The notes beneath the pieces were generated by a model. The model was not told the origin of the DNA. It did no database searches and worked only from the letters and a program-made list of their open reading frames with translations. From the sequence record PP445227.1: a DNA stretch of 40,616 nucleotides; one strand, given 5' to 3'. The position numbers and the translations under genes were made by a program. Position 1 is the stretch's first letter. Each line of letters opens with the position of its first letter. The stretch comes from Escherichia phage EC.W1-9. Shown one piece after another: positions 9,106 through 18,734 of this stretch.

Positions 9106-9120
9106 TTACCTTCAAGGTAA
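9106..9120. promoter_or_regulatory. Palindromic site TTACC-N5-GGTAA
   Basis: TTACCttcaaGGTAA upstream of the minus-strand moron gene. Confidence 0.5.
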
Positions 9121-9323
9121 CGTTCAGTCACCAGGCAAAAAAATGCCCGGCGAACCGGGCGAACTGGAAGCAATGAGTTATGCCTTCCGTGGCTGTACTG
9201 GTTTACAGCATGAAGTCATCGCAATGGCGTCCTGCTGTAAAAAGGGCGGTGATAGTCCTTCAAGGGAAACAGTCACCGCCAATCCCCTGGAACTTCTGGC
9301 ATCACGGTCCTTAGGCGTGATTC

Positions 9324-9400
9324 TGGCGTGGCATGCAGGATTCGAACCTGCGACCAACCGCTTAGAAGGCGGTTGCTCTGTCCAACTGAGCTAATGCCAC
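9324..9400 (-). tRNA. tRNA-Arg (anticodon UCU)
   Basis: Reverse complement folds as a cloverleaf: acceptor GTGGCAT/ATGCCAC, D-arm GCTC…GAGC, anticodon stem ACCGC/GCGGT with loop CTTCTAA, T-arm GCAGG-TTCGAAT-CCTGC, discriminator G, encoded CCA; 77 nt. Confidence 0.85.
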
Positions 9401-9729
9401 AACGCTGAGAGCACTGGTTTGGCTCGATATCAGGTAGGGTGGAACAGCCCGCTAATATCCAATGCTCTCATCGTTGTACCCTCGTCTCTTCCGAGGCGTC
9501 ACACCGAATCGCCGGGATGGTGAATCCCCGTGCGCGGAATAAAACCGCTCGACTTGCACATTCCGGCTACCTGGTTCGTTTGCCCGAGCAAGGGAGGGTG
9601 CCCCTTAAACGTATCCAGACCGCTATCGTCGCATGTGCCATACGCCGTACTGCTCAAAATAAAAGCTCACTCCACCTGTTCAATTTAACGACAAGCCAGT
9701 CAGGTTAGTAACCGGAATGAACTCTTTGG

Positions 9730-9744
9730 TTACCTTAAAGGTAA
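9730..9744. promoter_or_regulatory. Palindromic site TTACC-N5-GGTAA
   Basis: TTACCttaaaGGTAAT upstream of the head-gene cluster. Confidence 0.5.
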
Positions 9745-9834
9745 TAATTCGTGCATTAAATGTCAACTGTCTACGATAAATAAATCATATGTGGTTAAAT
9801 TGGTAATAATTTAATTGCGTACGGAGTCATTGAT

Positions 9835-10041
9835 ATGTGCATGGGTAGCTCACCATCAGTGCCTGCAACACCAGAAGTTCAGGCAGCACCACAGGAGCAG
9901 GATGCCGCCGTTGTTGATGCCCGCGACGAAGAAACTCGTCGCCGTCGCGCTGCTGCTGGTCGTAGTTCTACGCTGCTTACCGGTTCTCAGGGCGACACAT
10001 CAACCGCTAATACCAGCGGTAAAACGCTGCTTGGTCAGTAA
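9835..10041 (+). CDS. Small hydrophilic protein
   Basis: 68-aa ORF, GGAG 7 nt upstream of the ATG; low-complexity, Arg/Ala-rich. Confidence 0.45.
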   Translation: MCMGSSPSVPATPEVQAAPQEQDAAVVDARDEETRRRRAAAGRSSTLLTGSQGDTSTANTSGKTLLGQ

Positions 10042-10055
10042 CCGGAGTCATTGAA

Positions 10056-11735
10056 ATGGCGGAAACAACTAAAGAGCGATTGAACAAACAGTTCGCACAA
10101 CTTGAAAGCGAGCGTCAATCGTTCGAGCCGCACTGGCGCGAGTTGAGTGATTACATCAACCCGCGTGGTTCCCGCTTTCTGACTTCTGAGGTCAACCGTA
10201 ACGATCGACGCAATACACGTATTATTGATTCGACCGGGACTATGGCGGCGCGCACTCTCGCCAGCGGCATGATGTCAGGCATCACAAGCCCCGCGCGTCC
10301 GTGGTTTCGCCTGGCTACGCCAGATCCTGAAATGATGGATTATGGCCCTGTTAAGTTGTGGCTTGAGGCGGTGCAGAACCGCATGAACGATATGTTCAAT
10401 AAGTCGAATCTCTATCAGTCTCTGCCGCAGTTATACGGAAGCCTCGGCACATACAGCACTGGTGCAATGGCAGTGCTGGAGGATGACGAGGACATCATTC
10501 GCACAATGCCATTCCCGATAGGCAGTTACTACCTGGCTAACTCACCTCGTGGCAGTGTGGACACCTGTTTTCGCAAGTTCTCTATGACTGTTCGTCAGCT
10601 TGTTCAGGAGTTCGGGCTAAATAACGTCAGCGAATCCGTAAAAAGCATGTGGGAAAGCGGCACCTACGAGAAGTGGATTGAAGTGATGCATTCGGTTTAC
10701 CCGAACATTGACCGCGATGCATCGAAGCTGGATAGCAAGAACAAGCCATTCAAATCGGTTTATTACGAGGTTGGTGGCGATAACGACAAGTTGTTGCGCG
10801 AGTCCGGATTCGATGAGTTTCCAATTATGGCTCCGCGCTGGGAAGTTAACGGCGAAGATGTTTATGGATCATCATGCCCGGGTATGCTGGCGCTTGGACC
10901 TGTTAAGGCATTGCAGCTTCTCCAGAAGCGCAAGTCGCAGTTGATTGATAAAGCCACCAATCCGCCGATGGTTGCTCCGACTTCCCTCAAGAATCAGCGC
11001 GCCTCCCTTCTTCCTGGCGACATCACGTATATCGATCAGATTACTGGTCAGGATGGCTTCAGGCCTGCTTATCTGGTTAACCCCAGTACAGCAGATTTGG
11101 TGGCAGACATTCAGGACACTCGTCAAATCATTAACAGCGCCTACTTCGTCGATCTGTTCATGATGTTGCAGAACATCAATACCCGCTCAATGCCTGTTGA
11201 AGCGGTGATCGAAATGAAAGAAGAAAAGCTTCTGATGTTGGGGCCGGTTCTGGAGCGTCTGAACGACGAATGTCTTAATCCTCTCATTGACCGCGCTTTC
11301 TCGATGATGGTGCGTAAAAACATGCTGCCGCCACCGCCTGACGCGATGGAAGGTATGCCCCTGAAGGTCGAATACATTTCTGTCATGGCTCAGGCGCAGA
11401 AGTCTATCGGCCTGTCCAGTCTGGCGTCCACGGTTAACTTCATTGGTCAACTTGCGCAAGCGAAACCAGAAGCTTTCGACAAACTCAACGTTGATCAGGC
11501 GATCGATGCATTCGCTGATATGTCCGGAGTGTCTCCAACCGTCATTGTTCCGCAGGAACAGGTTGAGCAGGCTCGCCAGCAACGGGCACAGCAACAACAG
11601 CAGCAACAAATGATGGCGATGGGGATGGCGGCGGCACAGGGTGCCAAGACGCTAAGCGAAGCTAAAACTTCGGATCCGAGTGTTTTGTCAGCTATGGCGA
11701 ATGCAGTTAGTGGTCAGGGTGGGCAATCACAATGA
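10056..11735 (+). CDS. Portal (head-to-tail connector), T7 gp8-like
   Basis: 559 aa, follows the terminase; Gln/Met/Ala-rich C-terminal tail (QQQQQQQMMAMGMAAAQGA) parallels the T7 gp8 C-terminus. Confidence 0.75.
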   Translation: MAETTKERLNKQFAQLESERQSFEPHWRELSDYINPRGSRFLTSEVNRNDRRNTRIIDSTGTMAARTLASGMMSGITSPARPWFRLATPDPEMMDYGPVKLWLEAVQNRMNDMFNKSNLYQSLPQLYGSLGTYSTGAMAVLEDDEDIIRTMPFPIGSYYLANSPRGSVDTCFRKFSMTVRQLVQEFGLNNVSESVKSMWESGTYEKWIEVMHSVYPNIDRDASKLDSKNKPFKSVYYEVGGDNDKLLRESGFDEFPIMAPRWEVNGEDVYGSSCPGMLALGPVKALQLLQKRKSQLIDKATNPPMVAPTSLKNQRASLLPGDITYIDQITGQDGFRPAYLVNPSTADLVADIQDTRQIINSAYFVDLFMMLQNINTRSMPVEAVIEMKEEKLLMLGPVLERLNDECLNPLIDRAFSMMVRKNMLPPPPDAMEGMPLKVEYISVMAQAQKSIGLSSLASTVNFIGQLAQAKPEAFDKLNVDQAIDAFADMSGVSPTVIVPQEQVEQARQQRAQQQQQQQMMAMGMAAAQGAKTLSEAKTSDPSVLSAMANAVSGQGGQSQ

Positions 11736-12028
11736 CAGATTACGAAGACGATCAACTGAAAGAAGAAAACGCCCGTAAGCAACGTGACATGGCACAGCGT
11801 GAAATTGATGACATTCGCTTTGTCATGAGCAGTGAACAGGGGCGTCGCGTTGTCTGGTCTGTGCTGGAGAAAGGCCGGGTGTTTTCCGCTATCTCACCGA
11901 TGGACGCTATGGCAATGGCATTTAATGAGGGGCAACGCAATCTGGCGCTGGAACTGTTTCAGCGCGTTATGGCGCATTGCCCTGAACAGTATTTGAAGAT
12001 GGCCAAAGAGGCCAGTGAACAGGAGTGA
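11732..12028 (+). CDS. Hypothetical head-module protein
   Basis: 98 aa; ATGA overlap with the portal stop. Confidence 0.55.
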   Translation: MTDYEDDQLKEENARKQRDMAQREIDDIRFVMSSEQGRRVVWSVLEKGRVFSAISPMDAMAMAFNEGQRNLALELFQRVMAHCPEQYLKMAKEASEQE

Positions 12029-12030
12029 TC

Positions 12031-12726
12031 ATGAATTTATTTGAGCGTTTGCTGTATCGCCGTCTTTGCAATGAGCAACCAGTCGATGGTGGAGCAGCTC
12101 CGGCTGCGTCAGAACCGTCAGCGCCTGCAGGTGATAACCCTGCTCCAGTTGGTGATCCATCACAACAGGAAGGTGATAAGCCACAACCTGTTGCTGATGG
12201 CGATAAACCTGCTGATGACAAAAAGCCTGAAAACGATAAGCAGGATGAAAAAAAGGACGGCGATAAACCAGAGGGTGCGCCTGAGAAGTACGAGTTTCAG
12301 GCTGCCGAAGGCGTAGAGCTGGATACAGAAGCGTTGAAGGAGTTCGAGCCGGTGGCGCGAGAACTTAACCTGACCAACGAGCAAGCGCAAAAGCTGGTTG
12401 ATGCTTATCCGAAAATTCTGGCAGGTGTTCAGCAGCGCCAGGCAGAAGCCTGGCAGAAAACAACCGAGCAGTGGGCTGCGGATGTAAAAGCTGACAAAGA
12501 AATCGGTGGCGACAAGTTGATTTCTAACCTTAGCGCCGCACAGCGTGCGCTTGACCAGTTCGGGACACCTGAACTCAAAGAATATCTGAACACCACCGGG
12601 CTGGGTAATCACCCTGATCTGGTCAAAACGTTCGTGAAAATCGGAAAGGCTATGTCTGAAGATGGCATGGTCACCGGTGGTAATGAAGGCCAGCGTAGTG
12701 CGGCCGAAGTGCTCTATGGCAAATAA
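12031..12726 (+). CDS. Scaffolding protein
   Basis: Highly acidic Pro/Asp/Glu/Lys-rich N-terminus and helical C-terminus, between portal and capsid; ATG at 12031 after AGGAG. Confidence 0.65.
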   Translation: MNLFERLLYRRLCNEQPVDGGAAPAASEPSAPAGDNPAPVGDPSQQEGDKPQPVADGDKPADDKKPENDKQDEKKDGDKPEGAPEKYEFQAAEGVELDTEALKEFEPVARELNLTNEQAQKLVDAYPKILAGVQQRQAEAWQKTTEQWAADVKADKEIGGDKLISNLSAAQRALDQFGTPELKEYLNTTGLGNHPDLVKTFVKIGKAMSEDGMVTGGNEGQRSAAEVLYGK

Positions 12727-12740
12727 GAGAGGAGATAACA

Positions 12741-13727
12741 ATGTCTGTTAAAGGCTTAACTGCGCTAACGCTGGCTGACTGGGGTAAGCGCGTCGATCCA
12801 AATGGGAAAGTCGATAAGATTATCGAGCTTCTCAATCAAACTAACCCAATTCTTCAGGATATGCCTTTTGTTGAAGGAAACCTTCCTACCGGACACCGAA
12901 CCACCATTCGTTCTGGTTTACCTTCTGCTACCTGGCGTTTGCTGAACTATGGCGTACAGCCAAGCAAATCAACCACAGTGCAGGTCACCGATTCCATTGG
13001 CATGCTGGAAACCTATGCTGAAGTCGATAAGTCTCTGGCTGATCTGAACGGTAATACTGCCGAATTCCGTCTGTCTGAAGACCGAGCATTTATTGAAGCG
13101 ATGAATCAGGCGATGGCGCAGACACTGTTTTACGGTGATTCCAGCGTTAACCCTCAGCAGTTTATGGGACTGTCCTCCCGCTATTCCAGCCTGTCTGCGG
13201 GTAATGCTCAGAACATCATTGATGCTGGTGGCACGGGTACAGATAACACTTCAATCTGGTTAGTGGTGTGGGGCGAAAACACCGTGCATGGCATCTTCCC
13301 GAAAGGACAGAAGGCTGGCATTCAGATGGAAGATAAAGGCCAGGTGACACTGGAAGATGCTAAAGGCGGCAAGTACGAAGGTTATCGTACCCATTATAAG
13401 TGGGACAACGGGCTGACATTACGTGACTGGCGCTATGTAGTTCGTATCGCAAACATTGATGTCAGTAATCTTGACGCTCCTTCTACTGCCGCGAATATCG
13501 CAAAACTGATGATTCGTGCCCTTCATCGAATCCCAAATCGTGGGATGGGACGTCCTGTTTTCTACATGAACAGAACCATTAACGAAGTGCTTGACCTGCA
13601 ATCTCTGGAGAAGAGTTCTCTGGCGATCAGCGTGAAAGAGACAGAAGGCGAATGGTGGACAGCACTTCGTGGTGTGCCGATTCGTGAAACTGACGCACTT
13701 CTGGAAACAGAAGCCCGCGTGGTGTAA
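12741..13727 (+). CDS. Major capsid protein
   Basis: 328 aa, strong SD GAGAGGAG, follows the scaffold, stem-loop immediately downstream. Confidence 0.75.
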   Translation: MSVKGLTALTLADWGKRVDPNGKVDKIIELLNQTNPILQDMPFVEGNLPTGHRTTIRSGLPSATWRLLNYGVQPSKSTTVQVTDSIGMLETYAEVDKSLADLNGNTAEFRLSEDRAFIEAMNQAMAQTLFYGDSSVNPQQFMGLSSRYSSLSAGNAQNIIDAGGTGTDNTSIWLVVWGENTVHGIFPKGQKAGIQMEDKGQVTLEDAKGGKYEGYRTHYKWDNGLTLRDWRYVVRIANIDVSNLDAPSTAANIAKLMIRALHRIPNRGMGRPVFYMNRTINEVLDLQSLEKSSLAISVKETEGEWWTALRGVPIRETDALLETEARVV

Positions 13728-13743
13728 CGCCTGTTATTAACCT

Positions 13744-13763
13744 GTGGGCCGCAACAGGCCCAC
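13744..13763 (+). other. Stem-loop downstream of the capsid gene (GTGGGCC-gcaaca-GGCCCAC)
   Basis: 7-bp perfect inverted repeat; no clear U-run, so more likely an attenuator or RNA-stability element. Confidence 0.4.
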
Positions 13764-13778
13764 TAATGGAGAAAGAAG

Positions 13779-14216
13779 ATGATCACCGACAAACTGTTGA
13801 TGTTCTCCGAAGCACAGGCGGTAACTGATACCGCGGCTTCTACTGACGTAATCGATCTCGGTCCAATTGACGGAAACCGTCGCGATATCGGTGTGGGTTA
13901 CCCGCTTGAGTTTTGGGTGCTGGTTAACGAAGCCGCCACGGCAAGTGGTGAGGCAACTGTAAACATCCAGTTGCAGACGAGTGAGAATAACAGCTCATGG
14001 TCCACTATTTATGATAGTGGCGCACTGGCAAAGGCCACCCTGACAGCAGGTAAGCGAGTTGTTTCTGCAAAGGTGCCTGCCGGTGTTCAGCGATATCTGC
14101 GTGTTAACTACTCCGTCGCAACTGGCCCACTAACGGCTGGCAAATTCACTGCGGGTATCAATCTTGATGTTGATGCCAATACGCCGTATCCGATCCGCTC
14201 AAAAGTAACTGGTTAA
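13779..14216 (+). CDS. Hypothetical virion-associated protein (possible decoration protein)
   Basis: 145 aa, Thr/Ala/Gly-rich beta-type composition, immediately after the capsid gene. Confidence 0.45.
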   Translation: MITDKLLMFSEAQAVTDTAASTDVIDLGPIDGNRRDIGVGYPLEFWVLVNEAATASGEATVNIQLQTSENNSSWSTIYDSGALAKATLTAGKRVVSAKVPAGVQRYLRVNYSVATGPLTAGKFTAGINLDVDANTPYPIRSKVTG

Positions 14217-14226
14217 GGTGATATTG

Positions 14227-14562
14227 ATGTCAGGTGAGAAACCAAGATACCGCGTTCTGCGCCTCTCTCATATCCATAACACTCTGTGGCCGGAGGGGGC
14301 AGAAATCGAATACGAAGGTGAGCCTGGTAGCGCACTGGAACCTGTTAACGATGCAGCCAGACAGGCAAAAGCAAAAGTTGCAGGAAAGGTGTCAATGGCA
14401 GCAACCAGCACCAAAATCATCAACGATGTGTCAGATGATGGTGAACTGGATAAGCTCCGTGAAGAGTACGAATTGCTCTTTAACGAGAAGCCACACCATA
14501 ACGCCAAAGCCGAAACGCTCCGCGAGAAGATCGCAGATAAGCGTAAAGAACTGGGCGTGTAA
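14227..14562 (+). CDS. Hypothetical protein
   Basis: ATG at 14227 after AAGGTGA; acidic/basic helical C-terminus. Confidence 0.45.
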   Translation: MSGEKPRYRVLRLSHIHNTLWPEGAEIEYEGEPGSALEPVNDAARQAKAKVAGKVSMAATSTKIINDVSDDGELDKLREEYELLFNEKPHHNAKAETLREKIADKRKELGV

Positions 14563-14580
14563 GCCTCGCGAATCAGACAA

Positions 14581-14601
14581 GGGGCTTCGGCCCCTTTATT
14601 G
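14581..14601 (+). terminator. Hairpin with TTCG tetraloop and short T-run
   Basis: AGGGGC-ttcg-GCCCCT followed by TTATT. Confidence 0.45.
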
Positions 14602-14618
14602 CAGGAGTATAGAAACTT

Positions 14619-15224
14619 ATGGCCTCTGTAGTAGAGATCTGCAATCGTGCGCTGTCCAATATTGGCAACAGCCGCAGTATTAACAGCCTGACGGAAGCCA
14701 GCAAGGAAGCGGGGGAATGTTCGCTGCACTTTGAGGCCTGCCGTGATGCTGTGCTTTCTGATTTTGACTGGAACTTTGCTACCAAACGCGTGGCGCTTGC
14801 AGATACGAGCAATCCACCGCCTGACTGGGAATATGCGTACCAGTACCCGTCCGATTGTCTGCGCATTACTGAAATTATGCTTCCTGGTGTACGCAATCCA
14901 ACAGCAGCAATGCGCGTTCAGTACGAAGTTGGTGCAGACACCAACGGAACAGGAAAGTTGATCTACACAGACCAGCCGCAGGCATGGCTCAAGTATGTAT
15001 CTCGCGTTTCAGATGTGAACATGTTTGATGCCATTTTTATGGAGGCGTTGGCCTGGCGTCTTGCGGCAGCCATTAACATGGCGCTGACTGGGAATGCAGA
15101 CCTCGGTACGTTTGCCCTCAATATGTACAATCGCGTGATTCTTAGTGCTGGCTCGCATAGCCAGAATGAATCACAGGAACCACAGCCACCGGTTGACGAG
15201 TTTACCATTGCGAGGTTGTCCTGA
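14619..15224 (+). CDS. Tail tubular protein A-like (T7 gp11-like adaptor)
   Basis: 201 aa (T7 gp11 is 196); N-terminal ICNRALSNIG…SINSL pattern resembles the gp11 N-terminus; immediately precedes an 823-aa gene. Confidence 0.55.
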   Translation: MASVVEICNRALSNIGNSRSINSLTEASKEAGECSLHFEACRDAVLSDFDWNFATKRVALADTSNPPPDWEYAYQYPSDCLRITEIMLPGVRNPTAAMRVQYEVGADTNGTGKLIYTDQPQAWLKYVSRVSDVNMFDAIFMEALAWRLAAAINMALTGNADLGTFALNMYNRVILSAGSHSQNESQEPQPPVDEFTIARLS

Positions 15225-17695
15225 TGGCTATCAGTTGGATCCAGCCCAGCTTTGCCGGTGGTGAGATTGGACCGTCGTTGTACGGACGTATCGACATGGC
15301 GAAGTACCAGGTGGCATTGCGCAAGTGCGATAACTTTATCGTGCGGCAGTATGGCGGCGTTGAGAATCGACCAGGTACGCGTTTTGTCGGTGCCGCAAAA
15401 TACCCAAATCGGAAATGCCGCCTGATCCCGTTCCAGTTCTCGACGGTTCAGACCTATGCTCTGGAGTTCGGACACCAGTACATGCGCGTTATCAAAGATG
15501 GTGCGTTGGTGCTGAACAGCAGCAATGTTATTTATGAAATTGCCACGCCATATACTGAAGCCGATCTGTTCCGAATTAAATTCACGCAAAGCGCCGACGT
15601 GCTTACGCTGGTTCACCCGGCATACCCGCCGAAAGAGTTGCGCCGCTACGCGCATGACAACTGGCAACTGGTTGATGTGGTAACGAAGAACGGGCCATTT
15701 GAAGATATCAATATTGACGAGTCAGTGACGGTTTATGCCAGCGCCAGCACCGGGACAATTACGTTAACGGCAAGCGCCTCTATTTTTGGCGCGGAGCAGG
15801 TAGGCAAATTGTTCTATCTGGAACAGCCTGCAGTGGATTCAGTGCCGGTATGGGAAACCAGTAAGAGTACGTCGATTGGCGATATTCGCCGTGCAGACAG
15901 TAATTACTATCGCGCCGTTACAGCAGGCAAAACAGGCACTTTGCGCCCTTCGCATACAGAAGGCACATCATGGGATGGCTGGGGCGGCTCCGGTGATGAT
16001 GATACTGGCATTGAGTGGGAGTATCTGCACAGTGGTTTTGGCATTGCCCGTATCACTGCTGTAAACGGCACTACTGCAACTGCCGAGGTGATTTCCTATA
16101 TCCCTTCGCAGGTCGTTGGCGAGGATAATGCCAGCTATAAATGGGCTAAATATGCCTGGAACAGTGTTAATGGTTATCCTGGCACTGTTGTTTATTATCA
16201 ACAACGTCTTTACTTCGCCGCATCGACTGCGTTCCCTCAGACTATCTGGGCCAGCCGTACCGGGGATTATAAGGATTTTGGCAAAAGCAATCCTACGCAG
16301 GATGACGACAGAATTATCTACACCTATGCCGGGCGTCAGGTTAATGAGATCCGCCACCTGATTGATGTTGGTTCGCTGGTGGCGCTGACTTCCGGAGGTG
16401 AGTACGTCATCACCGGCGACCAGAACAAAGTGTTAACCCCATCATCATTTGCATTCAGCTCTCAGGGATCAAATGGCTCAAGCAACGTCCCACCAATTGC
16501 TGTGGCGAATATTGCTCTGTTCGTCCAGGAGAAAGGCAGTGTTGTCCGTGATCTGGCCTACTCATTCGATGTTGACGGCTATCAGGGGAACGACCTTACT
16601 ATCCTTGCCAATCATCTTTTTCAGAAGCACAGCATTGTTGACTGGTGCTTCTCTATTGTCCCTTACTCCAGCGCCTTCTGCATTCGTGATGACGGTAAAT
16701 TACTGGTGATGACCTATTTGCGTGATCAACAGGTTTTTGCATGGGCACCACAGTCCAGTACCGGAAAATATGAAAGCACATGCAGTATCAGCGAAGGCAA
16801 TGAAGATGCGGTGTATTTCGTCATTAACCGAACCGTTAACGGGCAAACAGTGAGATACATCGAGCGACTGTCCAGCCGTTTATTTACCAGCGATGAAGAT
16901 GCTTTCTTTGTTGATTCTGGCCTTAGCTATGATGGAAGAAATACGTCTGACAGAACGATGACCATCACTGGTGGTTCTGGTGAATGGGATTACCGTGCGG
17001 AATATACAATCAGTGTTTCTGGTGGTGCGTACTTCACCAGTAGTGATGTCGGCGCGCAACTACAGTTCCCTTATACCGGAACTGATCCTGATACTGGCGA
17101 TGAAGTGTCAAAAGAATTACGTTGCGACATTATTTCTGTAACCAGCAATACCGCAGTAGTGGTTCGTGCTAACAGGAACGTCCCGCCATCCCTCAGGAAT
17201 GTGGCCACCACGAACTGGCAGATGGCGCGCCGGACATTTGGCGGCTTGTCTCATCTTGAAGGCCAGACCGTAAACATCCTCTCTGATGCGAACGTGGAAC
17301 CACAAAAAGTGGTTTCCGGAGGTGCCGTCACGCTGGAATCACCGGGGGCTGTTGTGCACATCGGCCTGCCAATAACTGCTGAATTCGAAACACTGGATAT
17401 CAACATTAACGGACAGGAAACGCTGCTGGACAAAAAACAGGTGATCCCGTCCGTTACTCTGGTTGTGAATGCCAGTCGCGGCATCTGGGCGACTACGCCC
17501 GGCGGTAAATGGTACGAATATCCACAGCGTGAATTCGAGTTCTACGATGATCCTGTTGATGATGCTACCGGAAAAGTAGAAGTGAAGCTGGACAGTAACT
17601 GGGGCAAAAACGGGCGTGTAAAAATCCGTCAGCTTGACCCGTTGCCGCTGTCTGTTCTTGCCGTTATTCCTCGCCTTACTGTTGGGGGATTCTGA
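15224..17695 (+). CDS. Tail tubular protein B-like (T7 gp12-like nozzle)
   Basis: 823 aa, beta-rich, position and size match gp12; start overlaps upstream stop. Confidence 0.55.
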   Translation: MAISWIQPSFAGGEIGPSLYGRIDMAKYQVALRKCDNFIVRQYGGVENRPGTRFVGAAKYPNRKCRLIPFQFSTVQTYALEFGHQYMRVIKDGALVLNSSNVIYEIATPYTEADLFRIKFTQSADVLTLVHPAYPPKELRRYAHDNWQLVDVVTKNGPFEDINIDESVTVYASASTGTITLTASASIFGAEQVGKLFYLEQPAVDSVPVWETSKSTSIGDIRRADSNYYRAVTAGKTGTLRPSHTEGTSWDGWGGSGDDDTGIEWEYLHSGFGIARITAVNGTTATAEVISYIPSQVVGEDNASYKWAKYAWNSVNGYPGTVVYYQQRLYFAASTAFPQTIWASRTGDYKDFGKSNPTQDDDRIIYTYAGRQVNEIRHLIDVGSLVALTSGGEYVITGDQNKVLTPSSFAFSSQGSNGSSNVPPIAVANIALFVQEKGSVVRDLAYSFDVDGYQGNDLTILANHLFQKHSIVDWCFSIVPYSSAFCIRDDGKLLVMTYLRDQQVFAWAPQSSTGKYESTCSISEGNEDAVYFVINRTVNGQTVRYIERLSSRLFTSDEDAFFVDSGLSYDGRNTSDRTMTITGGSGEWDYRAEYTISVSGGAYFTSSDVGAQLQFPYTGTDPDTGDEVSKELRCDIISVTSNTAVVVRANRNVPPSLRNVATTNWQMARRTFGGLSHLEGQTVNILSDANVEPQKVVSGGAVTLESPGAVVHIGLPITAEFETLDININGQETLLDKKQVIPSVTLVVNASRGIWATTPGGKWYEYPQREFEFYDDPVDDATGKVEVKLDSNWGKNGRVKIRQLDPLPLSVLAVIPRLTVGGF

Positions 17696-18159
17696 TGGTC
17701 GATGTTCAAATTATTCCCGCTACCGAAGAGCATCTTCAGATGATTTTGCCGGATGTTCGTCAGGCTGATATTGACGAACTGTATGCGGTATCGCTGATGA
17801 CTACCGAAGATGCGCTGCGTGTTGGTCTGCGCACTGCGACTATGGCCTGGTCAGGATTTGCGAACGGAGAACTGGTAACCATGTTTGGCGTATCTCCGGC
17901 GTCAATGATCGGTGGCAATGGTACGCCCTGGCTGGTAGGAACCAGCCGTATTGAAAAATATCAGAAGACATTTCTGCGCCACTGCCGCCCTGTATTGCAG
18001 CAGATGCTGGCAGTTTATCCGCGCCTGGAAAACTACGTCGACGAGCGAAACCATGTTGCCAAAGCATGGCTGCACTGGCTTGGATTCAGGCTTGAAGAAG
18101 CCGCGCCTTATGGTGCTCTTGGTCTTAATTTCCACAGATTTCACATGGAGAGAAAATAA
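17695..18159 (+). CDS. Virion protein (gp13 position)
   Basis: 154 aa, translationally coupled within the tail/ejection gene block. Confidence 0.4.
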   Translation: MVDVQIIPATEEHLQMILPDVRQADIDELYAVSLMTTEDALRVGLRTATMAWSGFANGELVTMFGVSPASMIGGNGTPWLVGTSRIEKYQKTFLRHCRPVLQQMLAVYPRLENYVDERNHVAKAWLHWLGFRLEEAAPYGALGLNFHRFHMERK

Positions 18160-18734
18160 TGTGCGATCCGGTTATTGCTGGTGGCGCAATGCTCGCCATG
18201 AGTGGCATTCAGGCATACACCCAGTACCAACAGGGAAAGTATGCCTCGAAGGTTGCAGAAGCGAACGCAGATATAGCCACAGCTCAGGCAAATGATGCAA
18301 TAAACAGAGGTAACGCTGAAGCTGAGCAACGACGCAGAGAGACCCGACAGCGGCTTGGTACACAGGCGGCGACAATGGGGGCTACCGGCGCTGATTTATC
18401 TACAGGTAACGCGCTGGATATATTTGGCGACACTGCCCAGTTTGGCGCTCTTGATTCGCTGACGACGGTGAATAACGCGCAACGCGAGGCTTACGGTTAT
18501 CAGGTTCAGGCTGCCAACTATAAAGCAGAAGCCAGTTCAGCCCGTAAACAGGGGAATGTAGGAGCAGCAACAACATTGCTCACTGCGCCTCTGAAGGCAT
18601 ACGGTGCGTACCAGATGTTTGGTGGGACGTGGAGTCCGTTCTCTAAAGGAAGTACATCTAGTGGTGGGACGCCAATGTTATCTAACTCAGGTTTTATGAA
18701 TTCTGACTCCCGATTCAAAATAGGAGGTTACTGA
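18159..18734 (+). CDS. Internal virion/ejection protein (T7 gp14-like position)
   Basis: 191 aa, Ala/Gln-rich low-complexity, start overlaps upstream stop. Confidence 0.45.
   Translation: MCDPVIAGGAMLAMSGIQAYTQYQQGKYASKVAEANADIATAQANDAINRGNAEAEQRRRETRQRLGTQAATMGATGADLSTGNALDIFGDTAQFGALDSLTTVNNAQREAYGYQVQAANYKAEASSARKQGNVGAATTLLTAPLKAYGAYQMFGGTWSPFSKGSTSSGGTPMLSNSGFMNSDSRFKIGGY

Noticed and set aside
9092-9394. 100-aa plus-strand ORF
   Set aside because: It overlaps the minus-strand tRNA-Arg and has no SD or coding-like composition; most likely spurious.
9439-9708. 89-aa plus-strand ORF in the region next to the tRNA
   Set aside because: Low-complexity translation, no ribosome-binding site; the region looks non-coding and structured.
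9401-9830. Possible second tRNA near the tRNA-Arg
   Set aside because: I looked for T-loop signatures (GGTTCGAATCC and variants) on both strands and found none; local hairpins do not form a cloverleaf.
12160-12741. 193-aa minus-strand ORF antisense to the scaffold gene
   Set aside because: Antisense to a gene with strong SD and operon position; no independent signals.
14963-15667. 234-aa minus-strand ORF spanning the gp11-like/gp12-like junction
   Set aside because: Antisense to two tightly coupled structural genes; no promoter or SD evidence.
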